Source: an uncultured Candidatus Saccharibacteria bacterium (lineage in GTDB: Bacteria; Patescibacteriota; CPR2; UBA1875; CAIMLA01). Taken from it: DNA of 64,000 bases. A program made the translations under genes and the position numbers. Location: NCBI GenBank assembly GCA_964594415.1, contig CAZQLQ010000004.1, forward strand, positions 19,162 to 83,161, written 5' to 3'. The notes beneath the pieces were generated by a model. It saw only the letters and a list, made by a program, of their open reading frames with translations. It searched no databases and was not told the DNA's origin. Of the stretch, positions 37,355 through 46,400 are shown piece by piece; within the stretch, counting starts at the first letter, position 1; the number at the start of each line of letters is the position of its first letter.

Positions 37355-39079
37355 TTATTCCGTCGGTGGTATATTATAATACTTCAAAAGAAAATCCAGC
37401 ATACTTCCTACCACTGGAGCTGCTGTACTCTCCGCCCATGCAACATTATGTGGATTGTCTATCTTGGCAAGAACTACAAAATTTGCACCTTCAGTCGGAG
37501 AAAAACCGATAAAGGTTCCTATATTTTTATTTTCTTCATAACCGGTACCGTCTTCTTTCACTACTTGCGCTGTTCCTGTTTTCCCTGCTATTTTATATCC
37601 AGCAACGCTAGCTTGCTTTCCGTGTCCATTATTAACAACCGATACCATCATTTCTGTTAAGTCATCTGCCGCCTTTTTGGAAATTACCCTTTTGGCCTCT
37701 CCCTGTTCAATGGATTCAAAACTACCATCAAAATTTACGATCTTGTCTATTATATGAGGCGTAACGGCTTTGCCTCCGTTAGCTATAACTGAATAGCTTG
37801 CAATCATCTGCAGCGGGGTCGTGGAAACACTTTGCCCAAAACTCATAGTCGCATAACCATGTTCATTTAATTCATCGGGGGTTAGCAAAATTCCGCTTGA
37901 TTCGTTAGAGAATTCTATTCCTGTAATTTTCCCAAAGCCAAATTTATTCAAATATTCGTAAAATTTATTTTTCCCAAGTTTTTGCTCTACCCAGGTAGTT
38001 CCAGTATTAAGAGACTTCTCCAACACTTGAGTCATTGTTTGTATCCCATTTGACTTTTTGTCTGAATTCATAATTTTATTTCCGTCAATCAACAAAACCC
38101 CGCTATCCTCATAAGTAGTTTCCGGGGTTATTACTCCAGCATCCAAACCAGCAGCAATTGTTATGACCTTGAATATAGAGCCAGGCTCATAACTATCCGT
38201 AACTGCCTTGTTCTTATAAACTGAATAATCTTCCTCCTCAATAGTAGAATATTTATTTGGATCAAAGATGGGATTATTGGCCATAGCGAGAATTTTTCCC
38301 GTTGTAGGGTCCATTACTATAACAGATCCGCCGTCTGCTTTATATTTATCAACGGCTTCTTTCAGCAAAGCTTCGGCCTTGCCCTGAATATAGCGATCTA
38401 GAGTCAGATACAAATCGCTTCCATCTTCGGCAGGTTTCACAATATTTTTACCAAATACCAAAGCAACGCCGTTATTTTCATCTGTTTCTGCTTTTGTTTG
38501 TCCCGGAGTTCCGACAAGCTCACTATTGAAATATTCTTCAAGTCCGTACCTTCCTGTCCCTCCAGAGTCAACAAATCCTAATACAGAACAAGCCAAAGTT
38601 TCCTCGGGATAATATCTCCAATATTCTGGCTTATAGCTTATTCCCACTATTTTTGCTTCAAGTATGACTTTTAATTCATTTTCATTTACTTTATGTTTCA
38701 ATGGTGCGTATTGACCGCTAACGCTTATTAGGTCTAAAACTTCTTGTTTATTCATGTTCAAAACGCTAGAAATCTTTTCAGCAGCTTCTTCTTTATTTTT
38801 AATCAGTGAGGGGTCCGCATAAACAAGATTTAAGGTTTGATTTGTCGCTAATAGATATGAACCTCCGGAGATTGTATCTGAAATAAAAATCCTACCTCTC
38901 TGTGCCGGAATTGTAAATTTTGATGTTTGTTGTTGAGAGGCCGCTTGGGCATAATATTCATGTTTATAGATCTGTAAAAAATATAACCTAGATATTATTG
39001 TTAAAAAAAGAACAGTAAAAACCAATGTAACAAACCTGATTCTTCTCTTTTGCTTCTGGGAATCAAAATAACTATTCAC
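37355..39079 (-). CDS. ftsI: peptidoglycan D,D-transpeptidase FtsI (class B PBP)
   Basis: N-terminal TM; 'GSIFKVITIAAGL' (SxxK), 'KIAGKTGTAQ' (KTG); dcw position. Confidence 0.85.
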   Translation of the reverse strand: MNSYFDSQKQKRRIRFVTLVFTVLFLTIISRLYFLQIYKHEYYAQAASQQQTSKFTIPAQRGRIFISDTISGGSYLLATNQTLNLVYADPSLIKNKEEAAEKISSVLNMNKQEVLDLISVSGQYAPLKHKVNENELKVILEAKIVGISYKPEYWRYYPEETLACSVLGFVDSGGTGRYGLEEYFNSELVGTPGQTKAETDENNGVALVFGKNIVKPAEDGSDLYLTLDRYIQGKAEALLKEAVDKYKADGGSVIVMDPTTGKILAMANNPIFDPNKYSTIEEEDYSVYKNKAVTDSYEPGSIFKVITIAAGLDAGVITPETTYEDSGVLLIDGNKIMNSDKKSNGIQTMTQVLEKSLNTGTTWVEQKLGKNKFYEYLNKFGFGKITGIEFSNESSGILLTPDELNEHGYATMSFGQSVSTTPLQMIASYSVIANGGKAVTPHIIDKIVNFDGSFESIEQGEAKRVISKKAADDLTEMMVSVVNNGHGKQASVAGYKIAGKTGTAQVVKEDGTGYEENKNIGTFIGFSPTEGANFVVLAKIDNPHNVAWAESTAAPVVGSMLDFLLKYYNIPPTE

Positions 39080-39139
39080 GGTACACTCGTTTCATAATGT
39101 ATAAATAAATTATACAATAAATAAGATAATTTTTTAATC

Positions 39140-39499
39140 CTAATTTGAACCAAGGGCAACACTAGTGCTATATGGCAAATAATTAATTTTACTGACAGGT
39201 ACCATACCACTGTCCTTTACCCCCTTTTCGATTTCATTTATAGACTGCATACTAGACAGCTCGACGATAAGCATCTCTTGCTGCCTAAGAAGCTCTTTTT
39301 TCTCTTTTTCAAGTTTGGCTATATCGTAACTTTTAAGCGTCATTCTATTGGTCTGAACCATGAAAAGAAAAGATAGTGCCAATACTGATATAATAAAAAC
39401 AAAAGAAACTGCAAGCTTGCCAAGCATTAACTCGGATCTATAATTTCTTTTAAATTTTCTTCTTTTTACCCTGTCTCTCATATACCCTCCTTTAGGCAC
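39140..39499 (-). CDS. ftsL: cell division protein FtsL-like (single TM + coiled coil)
   Basis: 119 aa; TM 'LAVSFVFIISVLALSFLFMV' then coiled coil 'LEKEKKELLRQQEMLIVELS'; between rsmH and ftsI; start may be internal Met. Confidence 0.6.
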   Translation of the reverse strand: MPKGGYMRDRVKRRKFKRNYRSELMLGKLAVSFVFIISVLALSFLFMVQTNRMTLKSYDIAKLEKEKKELLRQQEMLIVELSSMQSINEIEKGVKDSGMVPVSKINYLPYSTSVALGSN

Positions 39500-39513
39500 C
39501 CTCCCTAAGCTCT

Positions 39514-40446
39514 TTACAATTTTTCTATAATTCTTAATTTTGCGCTTCTGCTTCTCGGGTTGTTTTTGATCTCTGAATCCGAAGCAACAACTGGCTTTTT
39601 TGTTATTATTTTTATTTCTGGGACCTTACCACAAATACATTTTGGAAACTGCGGAGGACATTCACAGCCTGACGCTTTTTTTACAAAAAAGTCTTTTACA
39701 ATTCTGTCCTCAATAGAGTGAAAACTAATCACTCCGAGTCTTGCTTTCGGCTCTAGAATACTTACCGCCTTAGGCAAAAACCCTATTAAAGAATCTATTT
39801 CTTTATTGACCGTAATCCTTATAGCCTGAAAGGTTTTTGTAGCCGGATGAATATTTTTCGGCCAAAATCTTCTAGGAATTGCTTTTTCAATAATATTTGC
39901 GAGTTCCATGGTTGTAGTTATTCTTTTTAGCTCCCTTTCCCTCGCAATTCTTTCAGCAATCCTTTTCGCAAATTTCTCCTCGCCAAATTCTAGGAAAATT
40001 TTTTCGAGGATCTCTCTACTGAATTCATTTACAACCTTTTCCGCCGTAATCTTTTCATTCTTGTCCATCCTCATATCCAGAGGATCATTCCCTCTGAAGG
40101 AAAAGCCCCTGCTCTTTTCGTCTAACTGATAAGAAGAAACTCCTAAATCTGCTATAATCCCCCCATCAACCTTAAAGCCTTTGGCAGCCTCATCAATCAG
40201 AGAAAAGTTACCATAAAATGGAATGAACCTTTTTCCGAACTCTTTTGACATTATTGAAATAGTAATATCAAGAGCCTCTTCATCTCTATCGATACCTAAA
40301 AGTAAGCCGTTCGGACTGGTTCTGTTTAATATCTCTCTTGCGTGACCGCCGAACCCTAGTGTGGCATCTATAAAGTTTTTATTCTTTTCTGGCTGTAAAT
40401 AAAATAATACCTCTTGTAAAAGAACTGGTATGTGCTTCTGTTTCAT
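39514..40446 (-). CDS. rsmH: 16S rRNA (cytosine1402-N4)-methyltransferase
   Basis: 'HIPVLLQEVL…DATLGFGGHA' MraW/RsmH signature. Confidence 0.9.
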   Translation of the reverse strand: MKQKHIPVLLQEVLFYLQPEKNKNFIDATLGFGGHAREILNRTSPNGLLLGIDRDEEALDITISIMSKEFGKRFIPFYGNFSLIDEAAKGFKVDGGIIADLGVSSYQLDEKSRGFSFRGNDPLDMRMDKNEKITAEKVVNEFSREILEKIFLEFGEEKFAKRIAERIARERELKRITTTMELANIIEKAIPRRFWPKNIHPATKTFQAIRITVNKEIDSLIGFLPKAVSILEPKARLGVISFHSIEDRIVKDFFVKKASGCECPPQFPKCICGKVPEIKIITKKPVVASDSEIKNNPRSRSAKLRIIEKL

Positions 40447-40630
40447 TTTTTCTCCTGAGTATATAGCTAGCAGTCAGAATATTTGTTTAGGTAGAGTTAT
40501 TTTTTGTTTTTGTTTGAATAAATTAGATCGTTTAAAGTAGATTTTTCAATTTAGTTGGGCTAAATTTTTTTGAGGTAGTGTTGTATAAAGTGCGTGCTGG
40601 CTGCTAGCTAAACACGCGTGAGAAAAACAA

Positions 40631-41053
40631 CTAAATACCTAGTTCTTCAGCGATATCGATGCTTGACTTTTCAATGTTCTCTTTATATTGATCCCAAGCT
40701 TTGTGATTCCATATCTCAATATGATCACTAAGCCCTGTAACAATAACTGTTCCTGTGAGGTTTGCAAACGAACGTAGCGTCGCGGGTATGTTTACTCTCC
40801 CCTGTTTGTCAATCTCAACTGGAAATGCACTTGCAAGCATAAAACGAGAATATGCTCTAGCGTTTGCTTGAGTTTGTGGAAGCAGGCTTAATTTTTCAAC
40901 CTGCAAACTCCAAGCTTCTTTTGTATACAAAGAAAGACAATTATCCAGGCCCTTCGTAACAACCGCACCCTCCGATAGTTGACCACGAAAACGGACCGGG
41001 ATAGCTAGCCTTCCTTTATCGTCAATATTGTGTTGGTATTCACCTATAAACAT
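40631..41053 (-). CDS. mraZ: transcriptional regulator MraZ
   Basis: 'MFIGEYQHNIDDKGRLAIPVRFR' duplicated SpoVT/AbrB-like MraZ fold; first gene of dcw cluster. Confidence 0.9.
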   Translation of the reverse strand: MFIGEYQHNIDDKGRLAIPVRFRGQLSEGAVVTKGLDNCLSLYTKEAWSLQVEKLSLLPQTQANARAYSRFMLASAFPVEIDKQGRVNIPATLRSFANLTGTVIVTGLSDHIEIWNHKAWDQYKENIEKSSIDIAEELGI

Positions 41054-41077
41054 CTTCTGCCTTTTGACTTATTTTAT

Positions 41078-41102
41078 CCCCACTTCTCACCACTTTTCAC
41101 CA
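41078..41102 (-). promoter_or_regulatory. putative MraZ operator: three direct TGGTG/TGGGG repeats at 10-bp spacing
   Basis: minus strand TGGTGaaaagTGGTGagaagTGGGG between −10 box and mraZ start; matches the reported MraZ 'TGGGN ×3 with 5-nt spacers' architecture. Confidence 0.5.
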
Positions 41103-41131
41103 TTATATACCACCAAGAAGACCATTGTAAA
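41102..41131 (-). promoter_or_regulatory. σ70-type promoter for mraZ/dcw operon
   Basis: minus strand TTTACA (41131–41126) – 16–18 nt – TATATAAT (→41102). Confidence 0.5.
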
Positions 41132-41167
41132 GTATTTTTTTATCATTTTATCCACAGGCTAGGCAAA

Positions 41168-41197
41168 ATATTTAAAAACGACCTAAATAGGTCGTTC
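41168..41197 (-). terminator. rho-independent terminator after rplA
   Basis: minus strand AACGACCT-attt-AGGTCGTT followed by TTTTTAAAT. Confidence 0.65.
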
Positions 41198-41225
41198 TTA
41201 AATAAACAAATTTTGTTAAACTAAA

Positions 41226-42041
41226 TTAGTTCTTATACGAAACCTTTATCCCTGGACCCATCGTAGTAGCAACCGAAACGCTCTTAATATACGTACCCTT
41301 GATACCACTTGGCTTCACTTTAACAATCGTGTCCATTATCGCATTAAAATTTTCCAACAATTCACTTTCTGAAAACGATGCCTTCCCGATAATTAAATGA
41401 ATTATACCGTTTTTATCTGTTCTATATTCCACCATCCCCTTTTTTATTTCTTTCGTGATACTTCCAACATTCGGGGTAACAGTTCCGACTTTCGGATTCG
41501 GCATCAGGCCCTTTGTTCCAAGAATTTTACCAATTTTACCAAGTTGGGCCATCATATCAGGCGTAGCTACAACTACATCGAAATCGAGCCAACCCTTCTC
41601 AATCTTTGCTATAAGTTCTGCACCGCCTACAAAATCTGCTCCTGCTTCTTTTGCTTCTTTTTCTTTTTCATTACCCACGATCGCACAAACTTTTTTTGTT
41701 TTTCCTGTCCCCGCTGGTAAAACTACACTGCCTCTTACCTGTTGTTCACTATTTTTCAAGTCCAAATTTAGATTTATATGCAATTCTACAGAAGAGTCAA
41801 AATTCGTAGTAGAAGTCTTTTTAGCAAGAGCTATCGCTTCTTCTGCTGTATATAATTTATCTTTTTCAACCAATGTCTGCACTTCTCTATACTTTTTTGA
41901 ATGGCTCTTTTCTGATTTCTTCAATTTATTTTTTGCAGGCTTTACTGCTTTTTCAGTCTTTGTGGCCTTTTGTTTTTTTTCGTCTGCTACCGCAGTGTCC
42001 TTTTCGACCTTCTTGCCTTTTAGTTCTTCTTTTTTTGCCAT
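41226..42041 (-). CDS. rplA: 50S ribosomal protein L1 with ~45-aa Lys-rich N-terminal extension
   Basis: core 'YTAEEAIALAKK…VRGSVVLPAGTGK' aligns with L1; no internal Met to shorten the extension. Confidence 0.85.
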   Translation of the reverse strand: MAKKEELKGKKVEKDTAVADEKKQKATKTEKAVKPAKNKLKKSEKSHSKKYREVQTLVEKDKLYTAEEAIALAKKTSTTNFDSSVELHINLNLDLKNSEQQVRGSVVLPAGTGKTKKVCAIVGNEKEKEAKEAGADFVGGAELIAKIEKGWLDFDVVVATPDMMAQLGKIGKILGTKGLMPNPKVGTVTPNVGSITKEIKKGMVEYRTDKNGIIHLIIGKASFSESELLENFNAIMDTIVKVKPSGIKGTYIKSVSVATTMGPGIKVSYKN

Positions 42042-42093
42042 GTCTACTCCTTTGTGGTTTTAACGACTTGCATCTCCCACTTATTTAGATTAA

Positions 42094-42519
42094 TTATTTT
42101 TCTACCTCTATTCCCATTGAACGAGCAGTCCCAGCAATAATCTTCTCTGCTTGTTCGATAGAATTTGCATTCAAATCTTCAAATTTGTTTTCAGCAATTT
42201 TTCTAACTTGTTCTTTGGTTAATTTTCCTACTTTTTCCTTCTTCACTGAACTGGAAGCTTTTTGCAAATTTAACTCTTTTTTGATAAGTACTGCTGCTGG
42301 TGGCTTCTTCATAATGAAGTCAAACGAACGGTCTTCATAGACTGAAATAACACAAGGAATCACGATACCCATCTGTTCTCTGGTCTTTTCGTTAAATTGA
42401 TTACAAAAATCCATGATATTGATACCCAAAGGCCCTAATGCAGTACCAACCGGAGGCGCAGGAGTTGCCTTACCTCCTTCAACTTGTAGTTTTACTTTTC
42501 TCAATATTTTCTTTGCCAT
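42094..42519 (-). CDS. rplK: 50S ribosomal protein L11
   Basis: '[31 protein letters not shown]'. Confidence 0.9.
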   Translation of the reverse strand: MAKKILRKVKLQVEGGKATPAPPVGTALGPLGINIMDFCNQFNEKTREQMGIVIPCVISVYEDRSFDFIMKKPPAAVLIKKELNLQKASSSVKKEKVGKLTKEQVRKIAENKFEDLNANSIEQAEKIIAGTARSMGIEVEK

Positions 42520-42551
42520 ATTTACTCCTTAAACTATCTTAAATACCGTTA

Positions 42552-43094
42552 CTAGATCTTTTTTACCTGTAGAGAATCAAGTTCAACCGGTGTTTCTCTA
42601 CCAAACATATTAACCATAATACGAACCTTCCCCTTCTCTTGATCGACTTCATAAACAGCTCCGTCAAAGCTCTTAAAGGGCCCGTCAATAATACTCACTA
42701 AATCGCCCCTCACTAAATCAATTTGGAACTTAGGTTCTTCAATACCCATTCTCTTCTGAATCAGAGTAACTTCTGTCTCACTCATCGGAATCGGTGTAAT
42801 TCCGGAGCCGATAAACCCTGTTACCTGAGGAGTATTTCGAACCACATACCAACTTTCGTCAGTAATCAGCATATCAACAATTACGTAACCTGGGAAAATA
42901 CGTTTTTCTACGGTTTTTCTACGGCCATTTTTAATTTCAATCGTCTTTTCTTTTGGTACAATCACATCAAAAATACTGTCTTCCATATTTAACGACTTGA
43001 TTCTTTGTCTCAAGCTGTCAGCTACTTTTTCTTCGTATCCAGAATAAGTATGAATCACGTACCAATGCCTACCCTCACTTTGTTGTTTTGACAT
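42552..43094 (-). CDS. nusG: transcription termination/antitermination factor NusG
   Basis: NGN 'WYVIHTYSGYEEKV' and C-terminal KOW; secE–nusG–rplK order. Confidence 0.9.
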   Translation of the reverse strand: MSKQQSEGRHWYVIHTYSGYEEKVADSLRQRIKSLNMEDSIFDVIVPKEKTIEIKNGRRKTVEKRIFPGYVIVDMLITDESWYVVRNTPQVTGFIGSGITPIPMSETEVTLIQKRMGIEEPKFQIDLVRGDLVSIIDGPFKSFDGAVYEVDQEKGKVRIMVNMFGRETPVELDSLQVKKI

Positions 43095-43112
43095 AAAAAC
43101 TCCTACCTCGAA

Positions 43113-43325
43113 TTAAAGCTTTAAGTTAATGAAATATGCGAGAACTCTGCCAAGAATGAAGTCGAATAATCCCAAGAAAGCGCCTACGATAACCGAAATT
43201 AAGACTACCGCAAAAGTCATTTGAGCCACCTGCTTTCTGCTTGGCCAAACCACCTTAACCAGTTCGTCCTTTGATTCCTTGAAATAACCAAATATTTTCC
43301 CGAATATTCTTTTTAGTTTTTTCAT
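43113..43325 (-). CDS. secE: preprotein translocase subunit SecE
   Basis: 70 aa, single C-terminal TM 'MTFAVVLISVIVGAFLGLFDFIL'; immediately upstream of nusG. Confidence 0.85.
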   Translation of the reverse strand: MKKLKRIFGKIFGYFKESKDELVKVVWPSRKQVAQMTFAVVLISVIVGAFLGLFDFILGRVLAYFINLKL

Positions 43326-43342
43326 ACTCCCTCTTTCTTGTA

Positions 43343-43402
43343 TTTTAAAAAAGCCTCTCGGCTTCGTACTTAAATATTACCTAATTTCCGGCAATTTGTC
43401 AA
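43343..43402 (-). promoter_or_regulatory. σ70-type promoter (−35 TTGACA, −10 TAATAT) with GC hairpin+U-run in leader of secE
   Basis: minus strand TTGACA (43402–43397) – 17 nt – TAATAT (43379–43374); then AAGCC-gaga-GGCTT + T6 (43363–43343) before SD AGGGAG of secE. Confidence 0.5.
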
Positions 43403-43431
43403 TTGTTTTCTTGAGACCTTTACCAGACTCC

Positions 43432-43944
43432 TCAGTTGCTTAAGTCTATGCTAAAGAATAAGGTCTCCTCATCCTTTCTGATTGAAATTCCGCCGTTTCT
43501 TTCAATTACCTTTTTCGAGCCTACATTATTTTTGTTGCATTGCACCCTAACACTAATTAGTTCTAACTTTTTACACTCTAAAAGTGCCAATCTAAACATT
43601 TCGCTTCCATAGCCCTTTCCTCTTTCGCTTGGCCTAATAGTAAAACCAATATTACCTGAATGTATGGCCCAATACCTATTCAAAACGGGTCTTATGGCTA
43701 TTCTTCCGACAGGATAATCTCCTTTATAAAAAACATAATTTACCTTCTGAATTCGTTTTTTCTTCATGCCAACACCACTTCCCTCATCAACTCTGGATTT
43801 CAGATAATCTTTAAATTCTTCAAAAGTCAGTCCATTAGCTTCATTTTCGCTACCAGTTTCTTCTGCTGGTATTTCTTGAAACATATCATATTCCATTTTG
43901 GCCATATTCAAATCTATTTTTCTTAAATATGAATTTGGTTTCAA
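43432..43944 (-). CDS. GNAT-family N-acetyltransferase
   Basis: 170 aa; acetyl-CoA-binding region 'IRPSERGKGYGSEM' (R/Q-x-x-G-x-G/A). Confidence 0.7.
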   Translation of the reverse strand: MKPNSYLRKIDLNMAKMEYDMFQEIPAEETGSENEANGLTFEEFKDYLKSRVDEGSGVGMKKKRIQKVNYVFYKGDYPVGRIAIRPVLNRYWAIHSGNIGFTIRPSERGKGYGSEMFRLALLECKKLELISVRVQCNKNNVGSKKVIERNGGISIRKDEETLFFSIDLSN

Positions 43945-44558
43945 CTTAACATCCTTTCAAGCACTTCGGTTACTTTCTGAATGTCACTTTCGCTTTTATC
44001 TACATCAATAACCGGAAAATCAAATTGTTTAGCTTCGTCTCTAATGATTTCGTCGAAAAGACGGACCCATTCAACTTCTTTCTCTTTTAATAAGTCAGAA
44101 TAGTCATTTGGATTCCCAAATAGGCCACGAGAAAATATAGTTTCTCTTGTTCTATCTATGTTACGATCTGAAATAAATATCGATTTTATATAAGTGTTTC
44201 TTGACTGTTCAATTGCTGCAAGTTTAGGTAAAATTCCTACTCCCTCTACAATAAAACCTTCAAGCCAAACCCAATTTTTATGGAACATGGCCTCAACGCC
44301 TGGCCAAGTAGCTATACCGCTTTCATATTCGTTTTGTGCTATTTGACTGGCTGAAAATTTAGTAAGATATTCTTCTGCAGAATAACCATCCCAAGGCATT
44401 ATTTTTGATTTTTCGTCTAAATTGACTACAGATAACATAATTTTGCGTATTAAATCAGTAGAAATCCAGGGGATATTAAGGCTGCTGGACAGCTCTTTTG
44501 CAATGGTCGTCTTTCCCGCCGTTGGCATTCCACCAATAAGAATTATTTTTCTATCCAT
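43941..44558 (-). CDS. P-loop NTPase / putative small-molecule or nucleotide kinase (AAA_33 / shikimate-kinase-like fold)
   Basis: 205 aa; N-terminal Walker A 'ILIGGMPTAGKTTIAKEL'; no other recognisable motifs. Confidence 0.5.
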   Translation of the reverse strand: MDRKIILIGGMPTAGKTTIAKELSSSLNIPWISTDLIRKIMLSVVNLDEKSKIMPWDGYSAEEYLTKFSASQIAQNEYESGIATWPGVEAMFHKNWVWLEGFIVEGVGILPKLAAIEQSRNTYIKSIFISDRNIDRTRETIFSRGLFGNPNDYSDLLKEKEVEWVRLFDEIIRDEAKQFDFPVIDVDKSESDIQKVTEVLERMLS

Positions 44559-44968
44559 AAATACATTCCATCCATATTCTCTGGTTTATATTTAAAGCCG
44601 AGTCTTTGATAAAACTCTTTCATTCCATAAGTTGGACATAGTTCAATAATAAATTTTTCGTCTTTCTTGGTGTATTCATTTATATATTTCAAAACATCAT
44701 TAACAAGTGCGGAACCTATCCCTCTTCGTTGATATCTAGGCAAAACAACTACATCGGTTAGCAGACCGTGGGCTCCAAAATCACCAACCAATCTAGCCAT
44801 TCCGACTGCCTCATTATCAACAATAGCTCTTACGGTATGCATTGTGTGCTTAAGAGCTCTTTCTACCTGTTCTTCAGTAAGAGCTTTCCAACCAATCGAA
44901 TCCACTAACTTTAAGTAGTCGCTTGCCTCTAGATTATTATCAATAATCAAATTCATTTGCATATTCAT
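44543..44968 (-). CDS. GNAT-family N-acetyltransferase
   Basis: 141 aa; 'LPRYQRRGIGSALV' acetyl-CoA motif. Confidence 0.7.
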   Translation of the reverse strand: MNMQMNLIIDNNLEASDYLKLVDSIGWKALTEEQVERALKHTMHTVRAIVDNEAVGMARLVGDFGAHGLLTDVVVLPRYQRRGIGSALVNDVLKYINEYTKKDEKFIIELCPTYGMKEFYQRLGFKYKPENMDGMYLWIEK

Positions 44969-45399
44969 TATTTGATCTCTTTAATATAGCCCGTAATTTC
45001 ACCATCATCAGAAACTACTTTAAATCCGTTTTTAATTAAAAATCTTTTGCAGTCTAAATTATTACTATCTACACCAGCAAATAACTTGTCAGTAGTAGAT
45101 GATAGCAGATGTGTCTCAATTAGTTTTAGAAGCTTGCTGCCATGCCCCCTTCTTCGTAACTTAGGATCAATCCCCGTACCAAAGCTCGCTGTGTTATTGG
45201 CAGTTATTTCTATATCTACAAAGCCAATAAATTTCCGTTTCTCCACAACGGCGAATGCAAATCTTTTTTCGTTATCAACTAAGGAGAACCAATTATTAAC
45301 GTCTGAATACCAGGTAATAAACTGGTTTCCAGAAATGTCTTCCTCAAACCAACTTTCCAGTTTCTTAATATAGAAAGGATTAAACCTTACAAGTTTCAT
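44968..45399 (-). CDS. GNAT-family N-acetyltransferase
   Basis: 143 aa; 'DPKLRRRGHGSKLL' acetyl-CoA motif; 1-nt overlap with next GNAT. Confidence 0.7.
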   Translation of the reverse strand: MKLVRFNPFYIKKLESWFEEDISGNQFITWYSDVNNWFSLVDNEKRFAFAVVEKRKFIGFVDIEITANNTASFGTGIDPKLRRRGHGSKLLKLIETHLLSSTTDKLFAGVDSNNLDCKRFLIKNGFKVVSDDGEITGYIKEIK

Positions 45400-45437
45400 T
45401 TTTTTAATAATTAGATATTAACAATTGTGCTTTTGAG

Positions 45438-45511
45438 TGGCAGGGGCGGCAGGAATCGAACCCGCAATAAAGGTTTTGGAGACCCTCGTTATACCATTTA
45501 ACTACGCCCCT
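45438..45511 (-). tRNA. tRNA-Trp (anticodon CCA)
   Basis: minus strand AGGGGCG…anticodon loop CTCCAAA…GGTTCGATTCC…CGCCCCT-G-CCA; classic position upstream of secE. Confidence 0.85.
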
Positions 45512-45532
45512 ACGAAAATAACAGCATAGCTG

Positions 45533-45703
45533 TTATTTAGTTTCTCTGTGAAGAGTATGTTTTTTCTCTCTCTTGCAGAACTTGTTTACTTCAAGCCTAC
45601 CAGTCGTATTGCGGGTATTCTTAGTGGTAGCATAATTACGCTCTTTGCACTCAGTACATTCTAGCGTAATTACCGGCCTGATGTCTTTTTTCTTACTAGC
45701 CAT
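45533..45703 (-). CDS. rpmG: 50S ribosomal protein L33
   Basis: 56 aa from internal ATG: [56 protein letters not shown]; the ORF track's 80-aa version extends upstream without support. Confidence 0.8.
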   Translation of the reverse strand: MASKKKDIRPVITLECTECKERNYATTKNTRNTTGRLEVNKFCKREKKHTLHRETK

Positions 45704-45858
45704 TGCTTTCCTTTCAGATAATATCTTAATTAATTCATTATTTGATTTATAATTCGCTCTCGAGAAAATTTCCAATTTTCGCGAAAAAGGAGCAATCGCG
45801 ATAAGGTGAAGCAGTCAGCCTAAGGATGATCTGCGTAACCTGACAGCGAATTGTGACG

Positions 45859-45934
45859 TGGAGCCCACCACCGGGATTGAACCGGTGACCTCATCCTTAC
45901 CATGGATGCGCTCTACCAACTGAGCTAGGTGGGC
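45859..45934 (-). tRNA. tRNA-Thr (anticodon GGT)
   Basis: minus strand GCCCACC-TA-GCTCAGTTGGTAGAGC…anticodon loop ATGGTAA…GGTTCAATCC…GGTGGGC-T-CCA. Confidence 0.85.
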
Positions 45935-46143
45935 TCGTCGCCACTCGCTGACGTGCTTCACAAGTTGCCTAGCGCCAATTGTTGCGCACTTTCGCAGTGT
46001 CTCCTCTTCCCCTAAAAATCTTTGATTTTTGGGGACCCCTTTTATTCAGAAAAATTTATAATTTTTCTGATAAGGAATAATTTACTTAAAGGTGTAGTAG
46101 TTCGCTTTAGCGAATCTACATAACCTGACTGTAAATTATGACG

Positions 46144-46229
46144 TGGTGGGGAGGGAGGGATTCGAACCCCCGAAGGCGTATGCCAGCAGATTTACAGTCT
46201 GCCCCGTTTGACCGCTCCGGTACCTCCCC
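46144..46229 (-). tRNA. tRNA-Tyr (anticodon GTA), long variable arm
   Basis: minus strand GGGGAGG-TA-CCGGAGCGGTCAAACGG…anticodon loop ACTGTAAATC…variable arm…GGTTCGAATCC…CCTCCCC-A-CCA. Confidence 0.85.
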
Positions 46230-46400
46230 AAGTTTTTTTGTCACTCTAATAACCGACAAACACTTTCTTTGTCGGAAGAAGTTTACGCTTTTTCTCCGTT
46301 TCGACAAAATTTACCTAATTTTGTCGACAAAGGAAGCGAAGCGAAAGCCCGAAGCACTTTTCCTTAGAAAACGTACGAAGGGCGTCAGCTACCGCTGACG

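Noticed and set aside
41397-42088. Several plus-strand ORFs (107, 202, 71 aa) antisense to rplA
   Set aside because: They are antisense to a conserved ribosomal protein gene, low-complexity (F/S/L-rich), and result from K-rich codon runs read on the opposite strand.
45935-46146. A missing tRNA-Gly between tRNA-Tyr and tRNA-Thr(GGT)
   Set aside because: Neither strand of the 212-bp spacer folds into a cloverleaf; it contains only short palindromes (GTTCGC-ttta-GCGAA, GGGGACCCC).
46116-46398. ORFs 46116..46307 (−) and 46138..46398 (+) in the tRNA array
   Set aside because: They overlap tRNA-Tyr and tRNA-Thr and are chance ORFs through structured RNA genes.
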